64,000 nt of DNA from Octopus vulgaris (taxonomy: Eukaryota): contig OX597833.1 in assembly GCA_951406725.2 (NCBI GenBank), forward strand, positions 35,402,001 through 35,466,000, in the 5' to 3' direction. Position 1 is the stretch's first letter. Every line of letters begins with the position of its first letter. The notes below the pieces were generated by a model. That model was given only the letters and a program-made list of their open reading frames with translations, was not told the DNA's origin and searched no databases. A program made the translations under genes and the position numbers. Shown here piece after piece: positions 28,289 to 44,267 of this stretch.

Positions 28289-29645
28289 CTTAACAGACAC
28301 ACACACACATATATATGTATATCTACACACACACACGCACAATCACACACATGCTTATATGTTTATATATACGCCCCGCGTTTGTCTTTATTCTGTGTGC
28401 GCGTTATGCATTCTAAACACACTTGCAAGCTTATACAAATAGAATGTGCAACCTTTAGCAAAAGCTCTAAGAAATCCGGAAGGAGTTAGTTTTTGATGTG
28501 CCAGGTTTTAATTCTCAACTTGAGTCTATTTCACATCCTTTATATTAAAAAATGCTAACATGTTGTACTTCTGTAATTTAAGATAATGAACCAATACTGA
28601 ACTCGTATCAAATATATATCTATAAGTTGAATAGTATATGACAGAAACTGATATATACGTCTGATATATTTAGTAGGGGTGTTACGGAATCGAGCTGATT
28701 AATGGCCCCGCAAATTATTATCTTATACATACCATTGTTAATTATAACCGCCATAACATAATTACAATCATCGTTGTCGATTTCGCCGGTATCATAGCCA
28801 TCACCATCTTCATTATCATTATCAGCGTTACTATCGCTAACCGGTCCGGAATTTACACATATTTTTCTGTGAGGAGAGGGCCCAAACTGCAGCCAAACCT
28901 GGACGGCGGTTCCTATTTCTGTTTGAAACGACTTCATTTCATTTACGTTGACGCTAGCGTCTTGCAGAAAGACATGAATGTTACACACTCACTCAACAAT
29001 ACTTTATCTTTAACGTTTGTGTCCTGAATAGGAGAAATGACGACGGAGATGATGAGGACGATGACGACGACGACGATAATCAGGAGGGGAATGTGGAGGT
29101 GGATGATAAGGGAAGAAAGACGGGCTGGATCGGATGATGATGATGATGATGAAGAAGAAGAAGAAGAAGAAGAAGAAGAAGGAGAAGATGGCTGCTTTCT
29201 GACTTGATCATCGGTCATATTTGCACGAAATCGAACTATTTTATCGATCAATGACAATCTCTTTCAAGATTAGAACTTGAACTTGAAAGGTAGGGAAGTA
29301 AATTAGTTGAAAAAAATTTTAATGCAGTTTCTAAAATTTCTGGAAATTCCATCGCTCGAATAACGATTATAATAATTTGTGTTACATTGCCACAAAAATC
29401 TTTTTGGGCGGTGGACATAGACAATGATCTTCACCCCATTACGTAACTGGTATTTATTCTATCGACTGTGGAAAGATGGGTGGCAAATATGATCCTGATA
29501 TGATTAGAATTTAGAACAAAAGGAAAGTAATTGAATACAACGGTGTCTTTAATATGGTCCAATATATTAGTGTCCTTCTTCACACCTTACCACCAACCAA
29601 GGCCACTATAGCAACTACCACCACCACCACCACCACCACCGCCGC

Positions 29646-29677
<32 letters not shown>

Positions 29678-30021
29678 GGGGAAAGTAGCTACAGAAAATG
29701 CCTGGTGGTATTTAGTTACACCACTTTATGTTCTATTGAAACCATTTCAGGGTCAGGACCAATATAATAAACTATCAAGTGAATGCTGGTGTCGATCAAA
29801 TAAATTGTTCTCACCTAAAAATCCATGGGGCTTGTGCCAATATTAAAAATTGTTATATAATTAACTGTTTGCCTTGATAGTATCGATTAATTATTGTTTT
29901 CTTCAATTAAAATAATTACCATTATAATTATGACAATGCTAAGTAATAAATTAATTATTAATATTATGTTAATTTGCAAATCATTTTTCTGTTTTCATTA
30001 GTTTGCAGAATAGCTTATAGC

Positions 30022-30181
<160 letters not shown>

Positions 30182-30189
30182 CACACATG

Positions 30190-30220
<31 letters not shown>

Positions 30221-31761
30221 TACATATATATGTATATTTATATATATATATATATATACATATATACATATATATGTATATATATATATATGTGTATGTT
30301 TATATATAATGTATATGTATATATATGTGTGTGTGTGTGTGAGTATGTATATATATATATATATATATACATATATGTATATGTATTATATGTGTGCGTG
30401 TGTGTGTATGTATTTATCATTATTAATTTTCCTTCATAGTAGCATATTAAGTAATTAATTTTATTGATAAATTTATTATGTAAAATATTTTAATTGAATA
30501 ATAGTTTTAGCATATCATATATCTAATAATAACAAGAAGACTATCACATTAATATAAGGAAACATTTTAATTTTCCTTTGCGTTTCTTGATGTGCAAGTC
30601 TATACAATAGTGACACATTCCTATGAATGCCAAATATTTACGCTAAATGCATTTCTGAACCCTCTTGCTTTGAAAACTGAATATAGGTTTGTTTAAAAAA
30701 TTATATATAGAAAGGAATTAAGACTTGTTTAAAATGTTATTTCTGGTTGGCATCAATTTTATAAATCTAATTGGCGTGAGACAGGCTCATACAGTCACTG
30801 GCCGCTAGCTTATAACCACCTCGTTGGTATTACGTTCACCATCACCCATGGACACAAAGAATGCATTAATTTATGTAAGGTGTGCATAAAAAAATATAGT
30901 AGTTATTTTTGAGACAATGCTTTTAATACGCAGGCGTGAAGAAGGGGATAAAAATGAAAATTTTTCTCTGTAAATGTGATTATTTGTTTTACAAATATGT
31001 CTCTGAATAGCACGCCTTATATTGCACACATTTTGTATATTTCTGTGCTTAATTTTAGCGTACGCATTCGTGCGCGCATGTATGATATGCACGTTTTGCA
31101 TATGCAGTTACTACATACATGGAAAAACACGCATATGTGTGTATACATATAAACACACTCAAAATATATAGCAGGTAGATAGATAGACTTACATGCGCCT
31201 GTGCATGCACGAGAGTGCGCGTATATAAGCATACACATGCACGCGTACACACAACACAAGCATGCACGTAACCACGCACGCACACATACATAAACACACA
31301 CTTAACACATGCTCCCGCGCATGTGTGTGCGTTATGCATAAGCAGATATAAATCCTTACAGAATTTTTTATAAATATCAACTCACCTTTATGCTTAGAGT
31401 ATTTATCTCTCATCTTTCTTATAATATTAATAAACGATTTTCTTCTATAAATTTTTTATTTTATTTTGTTTATTAAATCTCTGGCGAATATTTACAATTA
31501 AATAAACAGCAAGGTCAATGTATTCGAATCGGCGTTCCATTCAGTAAGTTACTAACTCACCCGTTTGCCACTACTAGAGAAATGACCTAGACAGCATTAA
31601 AGGTCAGGCTGTTCCTGTACTTGTGCAATTTTATCCATAGCTCTTATACGTCACCAACTGTGATAATAAATTAACCTATTTTATTTGTAGCAGCAGCAAT
31701 AGCAGCAGCGGCAGCAGCGCACTCCTGCTGCAAATGCATATTTCATAATCAAGAGAATCCA

Positions 31762-31774
31762 CTGCGCATGCGCT
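31762..31774. promoter_or_regulatory. NRF1/EWG-type palindromic site (TGCGCATGCGC), candidate promoter element
   Basis: ctgcgcatgcgct lies in unique, relatively CpG-containing sequence outside the GT/CA microsatellites. Motif match only. Confidence 0.3.
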
Positions 31775-32164
31775 TAAAGATAAGACAAGACTACCTTCCG
31801 CTATTTTGTAATTGTTGGCGTTATCTACTCGCATTTTGCTTCGTAATACAACATATTTCTCTCAGCGCTATATTTCAGTATTTCTGTGTTCTTTTCAGTT
31901 AGTATCAGTTCTTCTATTATTATTTTTATTTTTCGTTCGTTACATATGTAAATATTTCTTTCCTTTCACCTCTAAAACCGCTCTTTGTTTTCTACTTTCG
32001 CACATGCAAATACAAATTAAATGTAAGCGGAAATATAGGCATATCGGAAAAAAATATATGGAGCTATATATATATTTATATATATGTATATATAAATATA
32101 TATATATATATTTATATGCACACATAATTTTTGAACACATGTGTATATTATGTGTGAGCGTGTG

Positions 32165-32200
<36 letters not shown>

Positions 32201-32221
32201 TATATATGCATATTTATGTAA

Positions 32222-32281
<60 letters not shown>

Positions 32282-32811
32282 GAGTGTACGTTTTATGTGT
32301 TAAAATGTGTTATACATACTATAGGTGTGCATATGTGTGTTAGTCTGCTCAATTTTCATTATCCTAAACTCATTTTTTTTCTATTCTAAAATATACTATT
32401 TTTTTTCTATATTTTCTACTTCTTTCTTTTTGTTCTTTTGCTTCTCATTATCATTTATTTCTTTCGGTGAGGTGCTATTTTGTTTTGTTTTTTTTTTTTG
32501 TTATTTTTTTATTTTTGTTTTTTTTCGCAAATGATGCGCATAATACGACGTCTCGAATTTTATGACGAAACTTCTTCATGGAAAAGAAAAAAGAGCAAAA
32601 AAAAAGAAAAGAAAAAATTTGCCAAAATTTACAAAAAAAAAAAAAACCATCACCGAATGAATATACTAGACACACTACAAAAAGGATGTTATTCAAATAT
32701 TTAGTACTAACAATTAGACATCATTCACAAGCAGGAAGAAGTGGTGACTATAAACGGACTCAAAGGATGAGGAAGTAAGGGGGAATAATATATTATTATT
32801 ATTATTATTAC

Positions 32812-32869
<58 letters not shown>

Positions 32870-33103
32870 GTTATTATAACTATGTGTAAACGATAAAATG
32901 AACCTTTTCACGACTTCAAGAAATGTTACATATGTATATACTCGTTCTTACATACACATAATACACACACATACAGTCACACATTTACGTGTACATGCAC
33001 ACACCTACACACACACACATGTATGCATATATATTATAAAAATATATACATATGTATATACATATATTATTATTATTATATATATATATATGTGTTATAT
33101 CTA

Positions 33104-33182
<79 letters not shown>

Positions 33183-33850
33183 ATATATATATATATATAT
33201 ATACACGCGTGCATGATTTATTCTCTGTATATATGCATCAATCAATACATACACGCAGATATTTTTGAGACATTTAGATAGGAAAATATTTGTGCATGCA
33301 TTCCTGAGTGTGTGTGTGTGTGCGCGCGCGCGCGCGTACGATATACATAATATATATCTATATATAAATATATATATATGCGTGTGTGTATCTATACAAG
33401 CGTATAATACTGTGTGACTGCCATTATAGATTAATATAATCAATATCGATTAATATTGATAAAAAATAATTACTTATTCTGATATCTCCTTATCTATCGA
33501 TACGCATGAAACGTAACTTGGTTGTGCCTATGAATATGTGTCTGTGTATATAAATGCTTGTATATGTGCATATATATATATATATCTGTGTGCATGCAAT
33601 TATGCATATATAATACGGAGTACTTATGCAACAACAGTATTAGAGCAAAATGCATAGCGACTTACTAGTGCATGTTCACAACATGAGTGTGTGTGCGTGA
33701 ATAATTGCAAGTGTATGCATGTGAGTGTGCTGCGTGTGTTGGCACGTGTGTTTATGTGTATACAAAAATATATGCATACATATGTATACACATCCATACA
33801 TACACTCATGTTATATATAAATATATATACATAGTCACATGTATATATGT

Positions 33851-33930
<80 letters not shown>

Positions 33931-34109
33931 TATACATATTTATATGCATATACATATTTATATGTGTGTATAGAAACGCAAGGTGCGCTATGAACAAGTG
34001 TCACCAAAGGTCGTATCTTTATGCTATGTACCTTAAATAATAACCATTTATCTCTAACTGCAAGGAGTACATATTTTGCCATCCATCCATCCATCCATCC
34101 ATACATACA

Positions 34110-34140
<31 letters not shown>

Positions 34141-34167
34141 GTTTGTGTTTGTGTTTATGTGCGTGTA

Positions 34168-34212
<45 letters not shown>

Positions 34213-34255
34213 TACATGTGTCCCAGTCTATTAATTTCTATTTCTCTCGCATTCT

Positions 34256-34309
<54 letters not shown>

Positions 34310-34574
34310 GTGTATTTCTACATATTCATATATTTCTGCACATACATACGCACATACCATCATACGTATCCTTGTGTCATACATACATAATACATTTATA
34401 CATGTAAGTATGTGTATATATATATATATATATAAATATACGCATACATATATGTATGTATGTATTATGTATGTATAACACAAGAATACGTATATATATA
34501 TATATGTATATATATAATATATACACACACAAAAACAGACATTTGTATACACATATAAGTACACAAGTATATGC

Positions 34575-34669
<95 letters not shown>

Positions 34670-35277
34670 CATCTATCTACATACCTCGTTAGATCTTGCC
34701 CAAACCACCTTTACGCAATATTGGGCAAGTGACTTCTTATATACATCCGTGATGACCAATGCCTTGAAATATATTTTGTAGTTGGTAAAGCGTGCATAAG
34801 CACAAACACACGTACGCGAGCGCACACCCAAACACGCACACAATGGTAGGCACGCAACAACCTACCAACCCACCTACAAGCACACACATGCCTGCTTACG
34901 TGTCTGTCCTACGCGTGCTTCTGTGCGTTTTTCATGTGTCTGTGTGCTCGTGCGTCTACGTGACTGTATGTGCGCCTGCATGCTTGTGTTTTGTCACCGT
35001 TATGTAATAAATTGTGTTGCTTTGTTTACATCCTTATGACTCAATGCTATCGAATTATTTGACTAATCACTTTGTTATAGTGTCCCAGCATGGTTGCAGT
35101 TCAATGACTGAAACAAACAAGGCTCAAAAAAATACACGTACACATATACGCATAAGGATATATGTACACACGTACAGAGATGTCTTCCTGACATTAAATG
35201 GCAGAATCGTCGTAATTAGAGGATAGCCACATTGAAGTGTCCATAAGCAATACTATATATATATATATATATATATA

Positions 35278-35664
35278 GCAAATAAGAAAATGGAGGAGAA
35301 CAATAATTGGTTCATCAACTTATATTCATGTTTTTTAATAGCCACTTGTATCCTTATCTTATATGCATAGAATAATATGCTATATGTATGTATGTTATTA
35401 TAATTATCAGTTTAATAAATAAATAAGTTAACATTTTTAATGTCCTAAAGTTGATGAACCAACTATTGTTCTCCATTTTCTTATTTGCAATGTAAATTAG
35501 TTATAAAATATTTCTTTACATTTACCCATTTAATACACTAGGTAATGTTATTGTATTGTAATAAAAAGCACTTGTGTATTAATAATTGGGTATTCTACCA
35601 ACAGTATATTGGATAGATATTATCCCTTAGTGGGTTGGATTCACAACCCCTAACTTTCTTGGAG

Positions 35665-35666
<2 letters not shown>
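35278..35666. repeat. Insertion between (TA)n tracts containing an ~42-bp inverted repeat
   Basis: gcaaataagaaaatggaggagaacaataattggttcatcaactt (from 35278) versus aagttgatgaaccaactattgttctccattttcttatttgc (about 35449-35488). Confidence 0.7.
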
Positions 35667-35718
<52 letters not shown>

Positions 35719-37045
35719 ATATTCATACACATATGCGTCTGTATGTACATATTTGTATATATACATTTGTAGTATTCCTTTGAATCAAGATATTTTAACA
35801 TTCAGGACGCCAAGCGAGGGACGAGTTCGTATATACATGTATATACCACTTACAAACACATATGTACATACCCGTGATATATACGGACTTATCTATATAT
35901 CTATGTATTCATGTACGTTTACCTATAAATATACATATATATGTAAATATGTACCCATGCACTCAAGCATGAGAGTTCACGATCCATTGTAAGTTCCAGT
36001 TCCAACATAGGAAAGGTTCGAAGTGTGGTCTTTGCATAAAATATGAACTCAAATAGGTTAAAAGTTCATTACAGCTGTTTCAGACACTTTTTTATTGATC
36101 AATAATTCAATTATATCTTGAAAAAAAAAAAGAACTGTTTTCTTAAAGCGAACATAAAAATTTAATAATTTGGTTCGGAGAAAAAAATGGAAGTTATGGA
36201 ATGTGGAAGAGATGACTAGATGTGAAGATCAATCTATATTCCTCAACTTGTGGAATATTTTCCCCGTGCAAAATTATAAAATTTTAAATTCAACTGATGT
36301 AAACGGGTTTTTCCATGATATAATCGAAGTATTCACCAGTAAAAGAAGGGCGTAAAACAGGTGTAGTGAATCTTCAACCCGTTTGTGTTCTTATTTTATA
36401 TGCATTTATATGTAACTAAGAATCTATATACCGGTGGATGTACAAATGCACACGCCGCGCGCGATCACACACACATACACACAGAGTGGATTGCAAAAGG
36501 GATTCGATTTTGTTCAATCTGAAATTGTGAGAACCCCGACAAAATATCATATGAATAAATAAATAAATAAACAAGTGGAACCTTTGTGGTAAAATACGTC
36601 CTTCTTATACCCCTGTTATATTCTTGTCATAAAGATGATATGTAGCATTATAAGAAATAATTTCTGATTTAGGTATAAGTGCTGGAAACTTCAAGGAGAG
36701 GGATGTGGCGATTCTATCGATTAAGATAATTCAGTCGTATTGTTATATAATCGAACTGAAGGTTCGACCATAAAATGAATTTGGACTCAAATATCGTAAG
36801 GTATTTTTTTACACACTACAACGGTCATACCAGCAGGAGAGAAGAGGAATAAAAACAGGAATAAAAAAATGTTTAGTAATAGAATTCTTGCATTAGGTTA
36901 TCTACCGAGGTACACATCTATCTATCTATCTATCATGCACCTGTGTGCAGATATTTTTAAACTGACATGAATCTATATAAAATATTTAATATTTATACAT
37001 ACATACAAACACCCACACACGTATATAAACATATATATATTTAAA

Positions 37046-37129
<84 letters not shown>

Positions 37130-37268
37130 TATATATATATGTAAATAGATGGTTATATATATATAGATAGATATATATTTATAGTTATATATAGAGAGAA
37201 TTATATATATAAAAATGTGTGTAATATATATTTTATATGTAGATATATATTTATGTTTCTCTCTCTTG

Positions 37269-37323
<55 letters not shown>

Positions 37324-37355
37324 TGTACATACATACATATCTATAGATATGTAAG

Positions 37356-37399
<44 letters not shown>

Positions 37400-37403
37400 T
37401 ATG

Positions 37404-37435
<32 letters not shown>

Positions 37436-37570
37436 TGCATATATATGTATATACATACATATATGTATATATATGTATATACATACATATACACATATTC
37501 CTTTTACTCGCTTGTTTCAGTCATTGACTGCGGCCACATGTACGTATATATATATATACACATACATGTG

Positions 37571-37639
<69 letters not shown>

Positions 37640-37654
37640 AATAATAATAATAAT

Positions 37655-37883
37655 ATAGGGTGAAATTAATTAATTTGGAATAATCATTAATTTCACCAAG
37701 TAGTCTTCGGCACGTAAAAGCCCCATTCAAGGAAGGTTTAAGTAATACTAAGTAATTAAGGGTTTAGCAACGATTTGCCTCACCACACACCGAATTTAGA
37801 AATAGCCAAAACTCTTTGACTGCTATTTCTAAATTCGGTGTGTGGTGAGGCAAATCGTTGCTAAACCCTTAATTACTTAGTAT
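37655..37883. repeat. Fold-back insertion with 62-bp perfect arms
   Basis: Arms 37745-37806 and 37822-37883 with a 15-nt spacer; flanked by TA-rich tracts. Confidence 0.85.
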
Positions 37884-38150
37884 ATATATATATATGATAT
37901 ATGTATGTATATGTATAGATATATATATGTATATATATGTTATGCATATATATATATGTATATATATACATACATATACATATATATATATATGTGTGTA
38001 TACATGTATACACACACATTCATACGTTTATGAATTATTATAAATATGTGTGTTTGTATTTGCACACGCTCACACATATACACAATATTTGATATATAAA
38101 AATATACATGCAATTTTCATATATATATATATAAAGTCTGCATGTGTGCG

Positions 38151-38201
<51 letters not shown>

Positions 38202-38210
38202 GTATATATA

Positions 38211-38308
38211 TATATGCTTACATATATTCGTAGGAACATTTGATTAACTAGTTAAACGTGTATATGAATGGATATATGTATGTATATTATACATACATAA
38301 TATGTGTA

Positions 38309-38353
<45 letters not shown>

Positions 38354-38568
38354 GAGAGAGAGAGAGAGAGAAAGAAAGAGAGAGAGAGAAAGAAAGATAG
38401 AGAGAGAGAGAGTGACAGACTCACATACACACAGATAAATACAAACAGACACAAACATATATATATATGTATATATATATATGCTTACATATATTCGTAG
38501 GAACATTTGATTAACTAGTTAAACGTGTATATGAATGGATATATGTATGTATATATTATACATACATA

Positions 38569-38621
<53 letters not shown>

Positions 38622-38735
38622 AATAGAGAGAGAGAGAGAGAAAGAAAGAGAGAGAGAGAGAAAGAAAGATAGAGAGAGAGAGAGTGACAGACTCACATAC
38701 ACACAGATAAATACAAACAGACACAAACATATATA
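38211..38735. repeat. ~270-bp tandem duplication
   Basis: gcttacatatattcgtaggaacatttgattaactagttaaacg...gtgacagactcacatacacacagataaatacaaacagacacaaac occurs twice; the copies differ mainly in microsatellite length. Confidence 0.9.
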
Positions 38736-38991
38736 CATATGTCAACTAGTGCCGGAGTGTGACCACTTCTTAAACACAGATGGAACTGCTTAGAGAGAGA
38801 GCCAGCAACTGTTGACGCTCTGACTGCTGCTTGTATTATATAACCCAGTGCAACCTGTTACGTGGTCGGGAGCTTAAAACAGCACACCCTGTGTTTTTAA
38901 CTTCAGTCACCTATATATCTATGTATGTATGTATGTATGTATGTATGTATGTATGTATGTATGTATGTATGTATGTATGTATGTATGTATG

Positions 38992-39034
<43 letters not shown>

Positions 39035-39149
39035 TTATTTACCGTTAAGTGTGTATGTGCCTATGTGTATGTATATATATACACACACACACATGCACAC
39101 ACACAAACACACGCGCACACGCATATATGCATGTACATAAACATATATG

Positions 39150-39191
<42 letters not shown>

Positions 39192-39196
39192 CAGAG

Positions 39197-39231
<35 letters not shown>

Positions 39232-39367
39232 GAGGACATTCACAGACAAATGTATATATATTTTATATTATGTATATGTATATATATTTAGATACACACA
39301 TTATATATATATATGCATATGTATAAATAAGTATATATACGTATATGGATATATATATGTGCCTGTG

Positions 39368-39420
<53 letters not shown>

Positions 39421-39653
39421 CATATATACATATATACATATATACATATATATATACATATATATATCAATGTATATATATATATACATATTGATAGATA
39501 GATAAATAGATAAAGATAGGTATATAAACATTTACGTGCATATATACGTGTGTGTATATACATATATATATATATTTATATATATGTATGTTTATATATA
39601 TAATATATATATGTATATATATATATATATTTGTATATATGTATATGTATATG

Positions 39654-39695
<42 letters not shown>

Positions 39696-39699
39696 CATG

Positions 39700-39743
<44 letters not shown>

Positions 39744-39874
39744 GTGTGCATGTATGTTTGTATTTATGTATATACATTATTCAAATACATTGTACATAAT
39801 ATGGATATTGTTGTAACACATGTTTCGTTTATTTATCCTGTTTCTCTCCTTCTCTTTCTCCCCCTGTGTGTGTA

Positions 39875-39989
<115 letters not shown>

Positions 39990-40895
39990 TATATACATAT
40001 GTATGAACATAATTTGTTATGTAAGTATATACACGAACACACAGTTACCCTCCCACACACAGACACACACATCACACACATATACATTCTTTGATTTTAG
40101 TGCTTCGATGTGTTACTATTGAAATTTCCGAAAGAGTTGATATCAAGGTTATGTAATACAGTAGAAAACTTGAACAATACGCCATTTTAGAATGAGAATA
40201 TCAACAATGTACAATATCTCAATGACTCTCTGTCTTTTAGTCTCTTGTAACTGGGTTCTAGTTAATCTATCTAAATAAATTTTACTAAATGGAAAAAATT
40301 TCTTTTCATTCCAGTGAATAATTATGTTTAATGCCGGTAACTTCACGATTATTTTCCAGTATCTTGAGACAGATATCAATTGATGTTTTAAATATGACAT
40401 TAAGACGTGTATAGATGAGTTATAAACGTTTTTAAAGAGACAGTGCTGTCAGAAGAAAGAGTCGGAGTTAATATCTCTTTCTATACATTGCCTATCTTAC
40501 TTACTGGCTTAACCTTTGGTTAAGTTCTCTAATTCATGACTTTTTCAAACGATTTCAACGTGGTTCATACACATAGTCACACACACAAACATACACAGGC
40601 ACACTCACAAACATACACACAAACATACACAGGCACACTCACAAAAACCAATACAGGCATACACAGGCGCACGTGCATATACATCTATCAGGAAAGAATG
40701 GTGCGAGCGTTAATAATAGATTTTAAAAAATACTGACAGAAAGAAAACTATTGTTGATTGTAAGAGTTATTAAAGGTTTCTATCTTATTTTTAAAAATCG
40801 TTTGAGTCATAAGGTCAGAAACGATGATAATAAAATATTTCAAAAATGTTGTTAAATATATATAATATTAAGTGCGAAACCACACATCCATTGCC

Positions 40896-40937
<42 letters not shown>

Positions 40938-40942
40938 CATCA

Positions 40943-41046
<104 letters not shown>

Positions 41047-41119
41047 GGTGGTGGTGGTGATGGTGGTGGTGGCTGTAGTAGCAGTAGTAGTGGTTGTGGT
41101 GGCGACGGCTGTGGTGGAT

Positions 41120-41159
<40 letters not shown>

Positions 41160-42602
41160 CAGCAGCAGCAGCAGCAGTAGCAGCAGCAGAGGTTTAAATT
41201 ACTAAATATCCTCAAATTTGGAATTCAACTAGCTATTCTGATTTCCTGAAATAGTTTCTCGTTAGCAAGTAGAGTCACGTGTTCATAGTATTTAGTACTA
41301 TGTGAAATAGAGTCACAGTAATTGAGTGATGGTGCTGTTTAGCTCCAGTTAAACTCTGATTCAGCAGACGTGTGGTCAAAATGGCCCCAGTGATGACCAA
41401 CTCTTCTTTTTATAGGGGTATATGTAAGATTAAATCATTTAATGTGTTATTTATCAAAGATATAGCATATGATCTGAGAGATGTGATTTTGGTTGTTATG
41501 TCGAACAGCCAGGTAGAAGCTCCCTTGTTGGCTATGTATTCATATAAAGTACGATTGTATATTTTGGATGATTAATGTCCATTACGAGTTTAAATCCATC
41601 CAGTAAAAAGAAAACAATTCTGTTAACCCATTAATATTTGCAAATGTTATGTTCTCCCACATTCAACTTTTTTTTCATAAACAAAAACTTCCCTAGGTCC
41701 TTCCGACGTTAAAATAAGTATATTTTATATTGATTTATACAAATCATTTACTCGATTCCTCTCGCATAACTTTGCCTTCCGGGATCTGCTTGGCAGTATT
41801 TAAATAAAAATACAAGTTGTGTCAATATAATTTAATTTATTTGTATGCAATCAGTTTGCACACAATGAATAACTACTTAAGTTATAGGCATTCAAAGTAG
41901 TTAAATTTGATCGAATTTGAAATGCTCTAATGTTGAGTATGACTGAAAAACAATTGTTCAAAAACCATAAACTGGTTCGAGAGTTTTTGGCAAAAGTTAC
42001 CAACTTAGCAATTCATCTGAAAGTCTATTGAGCTGTCTACGAAGCATTTGTTAATATTCAGTATGGTTCGTTTAAATATTCATTTGAATATGTCTTATTA
42101 AATCAGGTTACTGTTATATTCTCTATGAATTAACCGCTGAACTAGCAGTGCCAATTTTGATTTCTGACTATTTATATTGATGCGTTTGGAACCAAATTTA
42201 CTTGGTCATGTATTGTATGTTTTATTAACATGTTACAGTCAACATACTCTCAAAGAATACATATATGCTAACACATCAAATTCAATTTAGCGCAACGGTC
42301 TCCATTTTAGAACGGTCGGTGAAGCCATTTTCTAAAGCTACACGCTGACTTAGAAAAAAAAAATGTCTTGATATTTTGGAGGTTTTACTTTTTGTCTTGA
42401 ATTATGAGTGTTGCAGTAAATGTAACAATAAGAAAAGAATGTTCAAATGATTATCAGAAAGGACAAATAATTTTCTCGAGTGAAATAGATGCTGTTTTAT
42501 TGCATTCTAGTATGGCAATAGCATTCATATTGTTTCTAAGAACTGTTGAATATTAAAACAAAAAACAACAAAAAGCAGCGTTCGACCTGTTTCATCTGTT
42601 AT

Positions 42603-42603
42603 T

Positions 42604-42655
<52 letters not shown>

Positions 42656-42669
42656 TCCTGCTTTCTTTC

Positions 42670-42707
<38 letters not shown>

Positions 42708-42737
42708 TTTCTTTCTTTCTTTCTTTCTTTCTTTCCT

Positions 42738-42781
<44 letters not shown>

Positions 42782-42912
42782 TCCTTCTTTCTTTCTTTCT
42801 TTCTTTCTTTCCTTCCTTCTTTCTTTCTTTCTTTCTTTCCTTCTTTCCCTCCTTCTTTCTTTCTTTCTTTCTTCTTTCCTTTCTTTTTTCTTTCCCTTCT
42901 TTTTTCCTTTCT
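42603..42912. repeat. (TTTC)n polypyrimidine tract
   Basis: Directly visible; source of the KERK/FFLS pseudo-ORFs. Confidence 0.95.
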
Positions 42913-43189
42913 TTGTGCGCGCGCGCGTATGTGTACGTGTACGTGTGCGCGTGGGGCGGGATGTGCATATATGAAAATATTTCCCATTTCTTAATACACA
43001 TATTAACTCAAACAAAATTCTTCACTGTGCATGCACATCATTAAAGAATTTGTCTTTCGGTTTTGCTTGCTTTGAGACCAGAGTAAAAGATAAAAATTTG
43101 TCAAACCTGAATATTAATCTAACACTTTTAAATTAAATACGTAAAATTTGGTTTTCAACGAAACAAGCTTCATCTCCATCTATCTCATA

Positions 43190-43617
43190 TAGGCACAAGG
43201 CCTGAAAATTTTTAGAGTGGGGATGTGTTAGCCGATCATACGGGCCCCAAATAGTAACTGGTACATGTTTCATCGAACCTGAAAGGATGAAAAGCAAAAC
43301 TGCTTTTGGCGCGGTAAAACTGGACAAAATGCTAATCGCATTCTTCCGATGTCCTAACAATTTTACCGGCTCGCTGCCTCATATATATATTATAAGCACG
43401 AGGCCTGAAATTGTGAGGGAAGGGGTTTAGTAGATTATGTACCAGGCGGGTGCTTATTTTATTGACCCCCGCAAGGATGAAAGTCGACCTTAGCGGAGTA
43501 TGAACTCAGAACGTAAAGCCGAAAGAAATGCCGTTAATCTTTTTTCCGGCTTGCTAACGATTCCAACAACTCGTCGCCTCGATAATAATAATGATAACAA
43601 TGATGATGATGATGATG

Positions 43618-43698
<81 letters not shown>

Positions 43699-43885
43699 CA
43701 AATACAAGGGTAGTAATTTTGGGGAAGAGAATGGGTCAATTACATTGATCCCAATGTGCAACTGTACTTATTCTATCGACACCGAAAGGATGACATAAGA
43801 CTCGGAATTTGAACTCAGAACGACGACGGGCGAAACACCGCTAAGCATTTCGTCCAGCGTGTAACGTTCTCTAGATCGCCGCTTA
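43190..43885 (-). mobile_element. Three tandem SINE family A copies (tail B), minus strand
   Basis: Repeated acaaggcctgaaa...gaaaggatga...gaactcagaacg...gctaac...ctcgccgc-like units at about 43190-43380, 43395-43580 and 43700-43885. Confidence 0.75.
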
Positions 43886-43925
43886 ATAATAATAATAATT
43901 ATAATAATAATAAAATAATAATAAT

Positions 43926-43963
<38 letters not shown>

Positions 43964-43964
43964 C

Positions 43965-44012
<48 letters not shown>

Positions 44013-44181
44013 TACAACGAGGCACACACATTTGTATGTATGCACTTATATGTTTTTTTTAAAATATATATAACCCCTAAACGGATTGCTTGAAGATACA
44101 TAGCGTATTTTCTAAATATGCCTGTTCAAGTAACATAAAAGCATGAAACTATTGGTAGCTCTTTCGACTGTGTATTTAAAT

Positions 44182-44267
<86 letters not shown>

